DNA of 63,864 bases, the filler included, from Klebsormidium nitens (taxonomy: Eukaryota; Plantae; Klebsormidiophyceae), in the NCBI GenBank assembly GCA_000708835.1. It is 10 parts of 10 records of this genome, joined end to end, with 100 filler letters (N's around TTAATTAATTAA, not from the genome) between each part and the next. Parts side by side here need not be neighbours in the genome. Positions count along the whole stretch, not along the records: positions 1 to 15,718 come from DF238020.1; 9 more parts are not named here. One strand, given 5' to 3'. Each line of letters opens with the position of its first letter. Position 1 is the stretch's first letter. Shown piece by piece: positions 1-11,943 of the stretch. The notes beneath the pieces were generated by a model, which saw only the letters and a list, made by a program, of their open reading frames with translations, was not told the origin of the DNA and did not search any database. The translations under genes were made by a program, and so were the position numbers.

Positions 1-771
1 AACCAGTCGTAATCGTTACATTCAAACTCAGTGTCACAGTGCAAGGGCATGCAATCAACCGATCACGAATTATATAGACGATCTATTGCTAGCTGCATGA
101 TTGCGATTGTATATGCATATCTTGCTGGGCGGATGAATCCCGAGTCCAATGAAATTGATTTGCGTCCGGCAGCGTTACTAGTAATTATTAATTGGAAACT
201 GATACCTTACACAGAGGTCGACCGGCCTATAGCGAATGATCAGTGCATGTATATCGAATTGCAATCCAATCTACATGCATGCACTGCCGATCAGGCGCCA
301 CGGCCCCGCCGGCCTATATACAATTGTGATATAGACCAATCTATGGTGTGCATTCAATCGCAGTTATTGGGGTCGATCACGGCCGTTAGTGTGCCACGGT
401 GTTCGTAAGTATCGTCAGTGTGATTGCTATAAAAGTGAGTAAACTTGCAACGATGCGAGTTTAATGCCAGCCCAAGCTGAGACTCACTTTATTGTTTTAC
501 TGTTGCAGAGCAATCCCACTACTGAATCTGTGCATACAGTGCCACACGAAGGGGTAACTTAGGTTACGCCAATATGCAATTGAGAGCTTTCAATTGTATC
601 TACTAAGACCTGTATTTGCTGTTCTGGTAACCAATCAGTCACTCAACTTGCATCATTTTCAACTTTGAAGCAGCGTAGATGATTTGCAAGGACTTTCAAC
701 ATCTTCAAATCTTGAGTGCACTATGTGTCAATGTACATTGCAGACTGCCGTGAGTTTGCCGGTGGAAGTCA

Positions 772-3700
772 TTATTGCACTGGCAATGGCTTGATCTTCC
801 AGATCTCGTCAGCATACTGACGAATCGTACGATCTGCAGAGAGCAAAAGGCGTACAGGGTCTGACAATTTTACATTGAAGAAGGATGAACCATTGCACTA
901 CTTGTAGAAGATACCGTACTGCTATTTGATTTCAGCACCTTCGACGCCGAATAATTAATTATGAAACTTTCTATCCTTTCGGCAGACCAGTGGTTACCTG
1001 CTAAAATAACCGTTATCGAACAATTATCGCCTCAAAGTATTTTCTGAAATTTTTGGCAGGCCGGATAATTATTTATTTTTTGCCGAAAATAAATAGCAGT
1101 ACGGTAGTCAAATACCGCACAGGTGCATGGCAGAATCTAGCAAAGTTCAATCAGCCGGATTGCATCGAATGGTCTTGGCACCGACGCGGTCCACCTTCTA
1201 AGTCCTACACAGTATCAGCTTTCCCATACGCAGCTCATTCGAACATTACCAAAAATCACCAGCGCTACAGAGGCAGACCAAAGATGGAACCGTAGGCATT
1301 CAGTCTCCACACAACAATCCTTACCCGATGAAAATTTGCCGCTGCCTGCGGTGGAGAGAATCGACTTTCTGGCCCAGCCTGCTTTGTCCTGGTAGGCGGC
1401 ATCCACCTCCTTTTGAGCCTGCACACGTTCACGCAAAATAGCCGGGAATCAGGAGGGAGGACAGAGATGATGAAGGAAACACCGCCTAGCTGGCCGCTGC
1501 ATCTCGCTAGAGGGTGCAATCTGAGAGCCAACGGCCTGCGCTGAACGGCAGTGGGCTATGTGCTCGTTACCCGGGGCACGTTCGTTAAAAACACCGCTTT
1601 GCTGTGTTAAACAGAGGATAAAAGTGCGCCGTCGGACACGTGAGGGGAAGCTGCGGGCTACAAGCAATGAAGTGGTCTATAAGCTGATACTCCGCGTTCC
1701 TTGCCCATGCTTGACAGGGACGGCCAACTCTCAGCGTAGAGTCCTGACGGACCGATGAACTGCTTGGCCTTTATCCTCTGAGATCAACCTGACATATCGT
1801 TCACGAGTGATCCGTCAAGATAATTCAGGCGGCCGACAGGGAGGCCTGCCCCGCCAGCCGGTGCGGGCAGGCGAAACCGTCCGTGTGCACGATGTGCTGA
1901 CCTCGAGGTAGGAGGCGAAGTCGACGCCGACGAGGAAGTAGTCGCCGCGGCCGAAGCCCTCGTTGCCCTCCAGGCTGTCCAGCAGCGGCTCGTAGTCGTA
2001 GTCACCGAACGTGCCCGCGCGGATGAACGCCTTGGCCTCCTCGAAGCGCGGGTCCGGCTCGAACTGCACCAGCGCGCACAGCGCACGGTCAGCGGCAAGG
2101 GCAAGTCGGCAAGGACTGGACGCAGCACTTCCGTTAAGGTATTCGGATCAAAGACAGGCTTGAGGATTGCCTCGGAAGGGAAGCGCTTCGGTTCCGAAAA
2201 GATGAAAGTAGATGCGGCTTTACACATTTTTGGCCGACGGTCGCAAGCTGCTTCCAACCCCCGGCTCAAAGCTACCTCTCGCAGAAACATCACCCCAAAG
2301 CCTTAGCAACAACTGAACAGAAATCGAGCGCTGCTTCCATTCAGACATCTGGGCCCAATACGAGGCGCCGCAGCTTATCCCGCTGCCGTTTGCACAAACT
2401 GAGCGACCACAAGCGACGCGTGCTCCTGCTGTGCATCATGAAGCCTTGACCGTGGGGGCTGCGGGGTGCTGACCTTGCCCTCGGCCCGGTCCTGGCGCAG
2501 GCCCTTGATCTCGTGCGCGTATCGGCCGAACAAGAAGAAGTTGTCCTCGCCAATCTCCTCCCGGATCTCCACGTTGGCGCCGTCCAGCGTGCCGATGATG
2601 AGACACCCGTTGAGCGCGAACTTCATGTTGCTCGTGCCGCTCGCCTCCATGCCCGCAGTGCTGCGCAGCAAAAAGTGCCACGAGCAGCACTTCAGCAGCT
2701 ACAAAAAGCTGCGGATATGCCCCAAACCGTCGACCAAACGCCATCGGTGGCAAAAGGCGGGCTGAGTTCGTCATTCATGCAGCCAATGTTGCAAGCGGAC
2801 AGCGGCTGGGTTCAGTCAGCTCTACTCGGTTTTAGTCGGTTCTTCCGCAGCAAGCCAGCCGATGACTTGGCCGCTGAGTCCCCCTAGACTGTACTCGTGA
2901 AGCAGCTGAACAACAAGCAGGCCGCATACCCTATACAAGCATCAGCCACTTCAAGACGCAACTTTGCGCTTTGCGAAGACCACAGACAAACCAGCCACCC
3001 TGTTTTCACGCACCTGATGTGCTGCGAGAGCTCTGCCGCGGGGATGAGCTTCTCTGCGACAGTGACGTTGTAGTTGGGCACGAACACGACCTTGAGCAGG
3101 TCGCCGATGTCGGGGTCGCTGTTGACGACGCGGCCCACGTCCGTAATCAGCTTCACAATGCGCTTGGCCTGCCAGTACGTCGCAAACGCCTTGCCGCCGA
3201 ACATCACCACGCGCGGCACCGTCTGCATGCCAACAACACGTACGGGTCAGCGCACGGCGCCTGCAACCCGTCCGAAGGATGACACTTGAAAGCGGCGTGC
3301 TGCGACTCAGGGGGAGGTGCGTTAGCCGGAGTACACAGATCTGCTAAGCACCTCATGATGCCATTCGCCTCTGGACATCCGCAATAGCAGCCAGAAGTGA
3401 CGCTTTTCACTGGAAACTGCTACAGAACGCGATATCGATGGACATTGACGGGTCAGGCAAATACGAAGCGCTCCCCCGTGACAGACTTGCTGCAAGCAGT
3501 AACCTGTCCAGACGACTGATGACAGCTCCTGCGCGCCGGCTCACCTTGTTCCTCTCCTGGGCGGGCATCTCCTTGAGCTTCTTGTACTTGTAGATGACCC
3601 CCAGGATGTTGAGCAGCTGCCGCTTGTACTCGTGGATGCGCTTCACCTGGATGTCGAACATGGACTCCGGGTTCACCGTCACGCCCGTCGTCTCTGCCAG

Positions 3701-6700
3701 CCACGCCGTCAGCTTGCGCTTCTGCGCCACCTTGGCCGCCGTCCACTCCTCCTGCAGCTTCGGGTCGTCCGCATACTGCACGCACCAAGGGCCAGACGTG
3801 AGAACGCAGCGAAAAGCAAAAGGGGGCCCGAGTCTTGGTTCCCAATGGGTTGCGCTGTGCTTCAGGCAACGGCTCTATGTTGTTCGTGTCCACCGCCTAG
3901 AAGACGGTAAAAGGTGCTCGGCAAGCAGGAAATGCCAGAAGAAAGGATGAAGTAGATCGAAACTTGCTATTCGTAAGATTTCTCCTTTCAAAGGGGACTT
4001 CTCCTGTAAGGGGCCAACTTTGATATGCAAACGAGAAGCGTAATATCTTGCGAACGTGGACAAATCGAACAAGAACGCTCGAAGCCCTGGTCAGCAGCAT
4101 GTTCCAAATTGTAAGAAATGAGAAGTAGGGAACCGATTACGATGAGCCCTCAGAGCGTTTGTTGGTTTTCCGCAAGGCTGTGAAGCTGTAGGAAAGATAA
4201 CGCAGTATTTATCTCATCATTGGGCACAAAGCAAGAGCTCCGAAAGACGTTACAGAAAATGATCCCACATAAAGAAGAAGAATTGCACAAAGAGACATCC
4301 GTCAGAAACGTGTACGCTTCTACTCTCAAACTTGAATTTCTTATCATACTTCCATCGTCTATAGGCTCGGACTCAAGGTGTCAAATTGGACTCCCGCTCA
4401 AGTGGGAGAGGTTTTTGTCATCCACCAGTCTAAAGCTTTCGAGCCTCAGAAAGCAACTTCGTGTGCACTTGACATTGATAGGCACCTGGTCAGCTACTTT
4501 TACTTTCTCGATGTGGACGTTTCGTCAGAGTCTCTATCAAAAGTCGCGGCACCTGGCAGTACAAGAGCATCAATAAGAAGGCAGGTGGGGTCAGACAGCC
4601 GGCCACAAGGGGCGACGCAGGGGATGTAGCACCACGGATTGAACCTCCTCGCCATGTATGGGACGGGGGCTCACCACTTTGAAATGGATCAGCAGTTTGC
4701 TCTGCCTGAGGTGTGACGAGAAAACAGGTCGTGAAAGCCGACGCTGCTTCCGCTTTTTTTCCCAGGGGACGTACGTTACTAAAAGGGCTGGATTAAAGGA
4801 TTGCCAAGTGATGCAAGAACCTCGGACTCAAAAGCTCGATACGAGATCATGCGGACGCAGACTCGCACACAAGAAGCCCGGTTCCTCTTGACCAGCATCT
4901 TACTTCAGCAACGAACGGAAAACCAAGCAAAGCCAACGGACGTCTTCCGACTTTCGTCACAGAACGGAAAAGTCAAGTAGCGACAGTCCGCAATCCACTG
5001 TATTCTGGCCTCATACTATCTTTCTCTGCACAACCGTAGTTGCTAAGATCCGAAAGATGGTATGTAAGTGTGATTTAATCATTGGCCACATTTACGATTG
5101 AGCTCGAGTCGATCGGACAGGCTTTCCAGAAGCTGGCGCAGACTTGGCAGACACAAGAAATTCACACTCCAAGCAGAAATTGTCAAGCAAACTGGTAAGG
5201 AGGCACAGGCGACGTGCATGCAAATCAATATGCCGGTTCAGAACCAAACGAAAGAAGATGTTATCGTGGCCATCACCCCACACGAGGCGGCAATCACATC
5301 CGAGCCACTCTACAGGTAAAGATCCAGACCCTTTGGAAGATCAGAAGCCCGACTCCGCCACATGTTATGAAGATCTAGAATTTGACACTGGAAGCGAATC
5401 ATGATTGGGGAACTCAGGTCGTCAGTGCGAGGTGGAAGTGCAGCGTGTGCTCACCTTGCGGAGCTCCTCCAGGCGGTCGAGGTCGGCAATCCAGTCGTCG
5501 GAGCCGAGCCACTTGGTGATGACGGCGCTCAGCTCCGGGTTGCAGAAGGCCAGCCAGCGGCGCGGGGTCACACCGTTGGTCTTGTTCTGGAACTTGTCGG
5601 GCCACAGCTTGTAGAAGCCGTTGAACACCTGCACAGGAGGCGACACTCGGTCAAGTAACAGCAACCGTAAGACTGTTCCCCGTGCACCCTACTCAAAATG
5701 GCGCGGCCTTCACTGACGCAAGGAAGTCCTCCGCTTTCTTCTTGCTTCTGTCGGCCCAGCGCCTTCAAGAACTTTGTTGCATCCATGGGTGCCCTTGCTG
5801 TGGCTTACTGAGGCCTCATTTTTTGAGGGCAAAGAGAGAAAGGAGTGCACATGCAGAAAGCGACGTGCTCACATCATCCTTGACAATCTCGCTGTGAATC
5901 TCCGCAACTCCATTCACGGTGTGGCCGCCAATGACCGAGAGGTATGCCATGCGCACGNNNNNNNNNNNNNNNNNNNNNNNNNNNNNNNNNNNNNNNNNNN
6001 NNNNNNNNNNNNNNNNNNNNNNNNNNNNNNNNNNNNNNNNNNNNNNNNNNNNNNNNNNNNNNNNNNNNNNNNNNNNNNNNNNNNNNNNNNNNNNNNNNNN
6101 NNNNNNNNNNNNNNNNNNNNNNNNNNNNNNNNNNNNNNNNNNNNNNNNNNNNNNNNNNNNNNNNNNNNNNNNNNNNNNNNNNNNNNNNNNNNNNNNNNNN
6201 NNNNNNNNNNNNNNNNNNNNNNNNNNNNNNNNNNNNNNNNNNNNNNNNNNNNNNNNNNNNNNNNNNNNNNNNNNNNNNNNNNNNNNNNNNNNNNNNNNNN
6301 NNNNNNNNNNNNNNNNNNNNNNNNNNNNNNNNNNNNNNNNNNNNNNNNNNNNNNNNNNNNNNNNNNNNNNNNNNNNNNNNNNNNNNNNNNNNNNNNNNNN
6401 NNNNNNNNNNNNNNNNNNNNNNNNNNNNNNNNNNNNNNNNNNNNNNNNNNNNNNNNNNNNNNNNNNNNNNNNNNNNNNNNNNNNNNNNNNNNNNNNNNNN
6501 NNNNNNNNNNNNNNNNNNNNNNNNNNNNNNNNNNNNNNNNNNNNNNNNNNNNNNNNNNNNNNNCATGCGCACGAGCGGGGCGGGCGGCGGGGGGGCGGGG
6601 ACGGGCTCTGCCGCCTCGTCCTCCTCCTCCTCCTTGGAGCTCTTCTCGGCCTTGGCCTTGATCTCCTGCGCCGCCAGAAAACTCTCAGCGCTTCGCCGAA

Positions 6701-9700
6701 GAGCATGTCACGACCAGCTGCTAAAACCACTCACGGTCAGTCTGGGCACGGTACAAAGAGGGGCTTTGAGAACCAGGGAGGAGAGCCTGAAGAGGTGAAC
6801 TAAAAGGGAAGCATGACGAGCCAGTATCCTATACCTACTCCGAGAACGCCGGCTTGACATTGAAGATCCGACTTCGAAGGCTGACCTAGAGCATCTGCAC
6901 TGTTCTGCAACACTCGAAAGTGATTGATCAGACAACACTGTCATCAGCCGAAAGGCAAACTCTTTGCAAGACGGCCTACGCCCACTCGTTGTGTCCCCTG
7001 CGAGGCCTCTCACCTTGACCGGCTCGGCCTTCTTGGGAGCTCCCGGCACCTCGACGTTCTCCAGAATGCGCAGCGAGGCAATCTCAGCATAGAGTGTCTC
7101 TGCGTCCAGCTTGGAGTTGGCCTTCTTGTACTCCTCAATGAACTAGGGCACAAGAGTCAAGACAAAAGTCGTAAGGAGACACCTGGGGAGGAAGCAGGCT
7201 GCCGCAGTCGCGGACCAAACCTACTGGCATGCAGATTTGCAGTACATCCGTTCTTCAAAGTCGTGGGCTAGTAGTTCCAAAGACTGAGAGCTCGAAAACA
7301 GTTTCCTCCCGCATCCTTACATCGGACTGCCGGACTGCTCACCTCATCGTCAATGCGTGCAATGATGGAAACGTGGCGAGGCAGCATCTCGCTGATCAGG
7401 GAGAGGGGCCACTTCTCCAGGGCTTCAGGCAACACGGTGTGGTTGGTGTAGGCCGCAACTCTGGCGGATCACAGGAAACCAGTCAGGAGTGGTCCTTGCG
7501 CTGGCTTCTAAAAGCAACACGACACTCCGGGCATGTACTCTCCGCAGCACAAACAGGACAGATATAGGAGGTGGGCACAACGCGTGTTCTCGCAGGCCAC
7601 AGGTGCGAAAGTCGACAAAGGACCACAATCTTGGCCAGATTGCACCACGACACAAAAACGTTCCTGCACCACTTTTTTGACAACGATCCCAGAGCTTCTT
7701 CCGGATCAAAGCAACCGGAGCCACTCACTCGTTTCTCTTGCAGAAATACCCTGATGTGTATGTATCGCAGGCTCACCTCTTGGTGATGCCCCACGCCTGG
7801 TCCCACTCGAGCCCCTCTTGGTCCATGAGCAGGCGGATGAGCTCAGGGATGACGAGCGTGGGGTGCGTGTCGTTCATCTGTACAGCCACCTTCTCTGGCA
7901 GCAGGTTCCAGTCGATGGGGCCGTCGTCGCGACCACCACGACTCTTGAATGTGGCCAAGATGTCCTGCAGGCTGGCACTCACCAGCGTATACTGCTGCTT
8001 CAGCCGCAGCAGCTTGCCCTCCACAGTGGCGTCCCCGGGGTACAGCACCAGGTTGATCTGCAGACACAGGCAGGGCATTCAGCAGGAGCCAAGTGCGTGT
8101 GGAACACGTGCATGCCACTAGACCCGACTTTGAACGGATGCAAGTTCTTCAGAATCTCTGCCAGCAACTTTCAGAAGGCCTTGCTCGCATGTCCCCTCAT
8201 GCGCCAAAGTGGATCACGACTCACTTCCTCTGCCTTGATCTGGGCGTGCGCTGCCTTGTCGTGCTCTCCAGCGTTGAAGGCATAAAGGTCAAAGTCTGGT
8301 GCCGGCGCCGTGGCCTGCCAGAGGCGCAGGCTGATGACGTTCTTGGTGCGGTACCCGGGGATGGGCACGTCGTACGCCACAGCCTCCACTGTCTCACCCC
8401 CAACCCAGGCCAGCTTGCCATCAGCGCCCTCCTCAACGCTGCCAAAGAAGCGCACGGTGTGCGACACGTCGTGGCGGGGGATCTCTGCAAGACAAAAGGC
8501 AACAGGTTCGTACAATGGTGCACCAAGTCTTCCACCAGCAAAAGTGGCCCCTTCGGTTTTATTGCAGCAGATTTTATTCGTTGAAGCAGATTTTAAGCAC
8601 GTGGATCTTCACAAACAAGCCCTGAGTTGATTCACAGATATGAAGAGACCTTGTTGTCTCCCAACTCCTGCATCGTCGTCTCATACTGACCCCTGTTGCG
8701 CAGATCCAGCACATGAAATTGAAGAGATGCCTTGACACAAAGTCTCTGATGAAGAACAAAGCACTGCAAAGCCACTCACCCCAAGGGTTGCCCTTCTCGA
8801 GCCACCTTTCTGCCACCTCCTCCTGGCCCTTCTCAGTGATATTCTGGTGGAAGAGGCCGTACTTGTAGCGCAGGCCATAGCCCCAGGCAGGGTAGTTCAG
8901 GGTGGCCATAGAGTCAAGGAAGCATGAGGCAAGGCGGCCCAGCCCGCCATTGCCCAAGGCCGCATCAGGCTCCTGTTGAAAGATTGGAGGAAATTCAAGT
9001 TGACATTTGAGGCATCGAACTAAACAGGTTCAGGTGGTTTTAAGACTGACGCCATTGAACAATATGATGCTTTTGCTTTTGGTTATGTAACAATTACAGC
9101 TGTCAATGACAAGCAGAAGAAAAATATGCTCAAGCTACATCCTACAGGCTAGATCTACGTGCAACAAGCCAAAGTACAATCGATATTTTCATCAGTCTGG
9201 AGCAGTGCGACAACCGCAGCAGCACAGCATACTGGCGGCGGTTGTAGGGTCACTCACAGCATCCGCCACCTCCTCCAGGGAAACCCCCAGCTTGGTCAGG
9301 GCTGTGGCATAGGCACCAGTCACACCCAGGTTCCCCACCGCATTCAACAAGGCCCGGCCCTGCATTCAAGGTGAGGGTCAGGAAGGCATCACACGTGAGC
9401 TGATGAATGCACAAGGAGCGAATGCACAAGTCATCTGGACACGTAATTGTTGCAGACTGTGCACGCAATTGTTGCATTGGACCAAAATGACATCATGCTG
9501 ACTTGGCGTCCTTTAGCCCTCAGTACTTTGAGACAGTGCAATGTCATTGTACGCACTCCCGTGTGCAACAGTTGTAATCCTCTTCGATATTAATGATTGC
9601 CTGCCTTCAAAATGGACAACTCGGAGCTCACCTGCAAGAACTCCATGGACAGGTAGTACGTTTGCTTGGGATCCTTCTCCTGGAAGAGGGCGTATGTGTC

Positions 9701-10892
9701 GTTCCATCTTTGGATCAGAGTGTCACGGAGGCTCTGGGCCGTTGCTCTGTAGGCTTGCGGGATGTCAAACTTGAGAGGATTGTAGGCGGGAGTGTACGTT
9801 GCGTGATACTTGATGTTGGATGCGACCTTGAATGCCTCGTCCGAAGCTGGGTTGGCAGCTGCAGGAACTGCAGCAGCACAGTGCAGAAAATGGTGGTGTG
9901 AGAATTCACGTGAACTAGTACATCTGAACCGTAGATCTGAGCATGAGAAGGGTTGTAAGCATGGTTGATGCACATTAGAGAATCAAGAGACCTGATGCAG
10001 CAATTTGAGCGTCAGCATATCTGCTGTCCAAGCGACGGGTCAAATATCCACACCACTGAGTGAGGCTCTTCAATTTAACGTCGTGGTGGCACAGATCTTA
10101 ATAGTATGAGCTTGTAGAACAGGAGCGCTGAAAACCAACTCTGTAATTCTGAGGATTGGCAATCAATGCACCATTACCATCAAAAATTGCTTGCTCAAGG
10201 AGACTAACTCTTGAAACATAGAGTAGTACATTGTTCCACGCAACCAGAATTGCAAAGTATCTGTAGCCGATGCTTCCAGGCTGTAGTTCAATCATGCAAC
10301 AAGGGAATCCAGAAAGCCTGATCTCCAATCTAATAATCAACTATGCAAAGAACCGAAAGCAGAGGCAGATCTAGATCTGACATGGCGAGAAACGAGAGGG
10401 AAAATTCGAGCACTTTCATCTATTCATGCAATCCTGGAAGTTGGAGCAGCTATCATCTGCGAATGTGAAGTCAAACTCGCGAAGGCGGGTGCCATCAACC
10501 TGATCCGCTGTCTTGCATTGATTGTGTAGAGTAGGTATTCATTGGAAGAAACAAGAAAACAAGATCCGAATGCACAATTGGTGTGGGATGGAAATAGATT
10601 GATGAATTAAGACCAGGCTAGGTTCAGACTCACCATCCTCAGTCTTCTTCGGTCCAGCAGCTACAGCTCTGATTGCGCCCGCTCTTCGTCCTTGGCGTGC
10701 ACTCCTTTGCAACGGAGTATGTGCCACAATTGCTTTTTCAAGCAAGGCGGTCCCAGATCTAGGTGTGCTGCCAGACAAGAATGCAGACTTGGGAGAAGCT
10801 ACCACCTGCTCATGAGCAGATGCAGAACCAGAGAGGGGCAGGCATGAAGCTGCTGCAGAGGTCAATCCGCTTGCCACCGCAGAGAAGGCCAT
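772..10892 (-). CDS. PHS1: Plastidial alpha-glucan (starch) phosphorylase, Pho1/L-type, 16 exons
   Basis: Exons reconstructed by hand with GT-AG sites: 10634-10892, 9632-9867, 9258-9359, 8780-8972, 8225-8484, 7777-8057, 7343-7460, 7014-7142, 5873-6665 (spans a false N gap), 5455-5628, 3545-3775, 3014-3222, 2474-2660, 1902-2063, 1325-1418, 772-833 (TAA 772-774). GT35 motifs present: [87 protein letters not shown] (PLP-binding Lys), [14 protein letters not shown]. Exon 1 is Ser/Ala-rich like a transit peptide, and there is an acidic/Pro-rich L78-type insert. Confidence 0.96.
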
Positions 10893-11420
10893 TGTTGGAG
10901 CGCCTCTGCTGAGCAGAGCAGAAGGCGATCAGCAACTCGGAAGTTCAACTGAATTTAGACGAATCCTGACTTGGAAGTTGGATCCTGGCAAGTGGAGTGC
11001 TTGGGCTGCCAATGCCGGCCAACTTTTGCCCATGAAACTGAATCTGAGCCTGGGCAATGGCAATGGATTCTTAGACGTCAGCCTGCTGAGGCTCGGAAGC
11101 CGCCGAGATGAACGCGCCGCGCTAAATGGCTCAAGGGGGTTTTCTTGCCAAGGGGGGTGATGAACAAGACCATCGGTCAACTGAAGTGCACCCCCCCTTT
11201 AGTCGCAAGCCCAGCGTTCTTTGTTGCCTGCTGACGTCTGCCACAAGATTCTCTGGCATATGATTGGTCAGGAGCCAAGATTCAAAAGATCTTTTCGACC
11301 ATGTGGGGGCCGCTTTCGGCCTTTTCACACTTAGGGTTTTGGTTCTGGAATTGGACCAAGTCGGTGGTGCTGCTTCAACTCGAAGTGGGGCCTGTCTCAA
11401 TGTTCGTGGCGAAACTAATT

Positions 11421-11770
11421 AATTTCGCCAATTTGATTTTCGCCAGCTTTTCGCCATTTAGTGTCTGGCAAGGGAATTTCGCCGGCCTGGCGAAAAAGCC
11501 TATGTTACCAGGCACAATTTACCTGCTCGGGCGCCTTTACCGACTTTGACAGCTCTCAACCCTGATTGAAACCAGTCGAATCGCCTGAATGTGTGCTTGG
11601 TCAGGTTAAACTTCTGAAAAGTGGTTGGAACAAGGTCGGGACAAGAAACAAGGTACCCGGGACAGGCTCCCGGCCATAAAAGCCGCTTGGAATTTCGCCA
11701 TTTAAGTGTCATTTTCGCCAATTAGTGTCCGGGAGGTCCTATTTAGTGTATTTCAGGATTTATTTTCGCC
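11421..11770. repeat. Cluster of about 8 TTTCGCC(A) motifs in the intergenic region between two divergent genes
   Basis: TTTCGCC occurs near 11423, 11437, 11449, 11477, 11692, 11713 and 11764, with a reverse-complement copy near 11488. Several copies are followed by ATTTAGTGT-like sequence. Confidence 0.6.
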
Positions 11771-11943
11771 ACGATCACTGGCCTGTCTCCTTTGAGTTTG
11801 ATGGTCAAGGAACGCTTCCTTGTGCAGGCTTTGTTGAAACGTGCACCTTCGGACACACTGTCACAAGTCTTGATTGGCCCTTCCGCCTGCACCGTTTGAT
11901 TGCTGCCCCGTTGCCTCAATTGGTCTTTCTTCATCCGCTTAGA

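Noticed and set aside
1-430. ORF 31-408 and the ATGCAT/GATC-rich sequence around it
   Set aside because: It has no protein-like features. It is probably intergenic or repeat-derived, and I cannot classify it.
5774-6803. Long ORFs containing X runs (also around 17.4-18.5 kb and 55.3-56.4 kb)
   Set aside because: They are artefacts of translating through N gaps.
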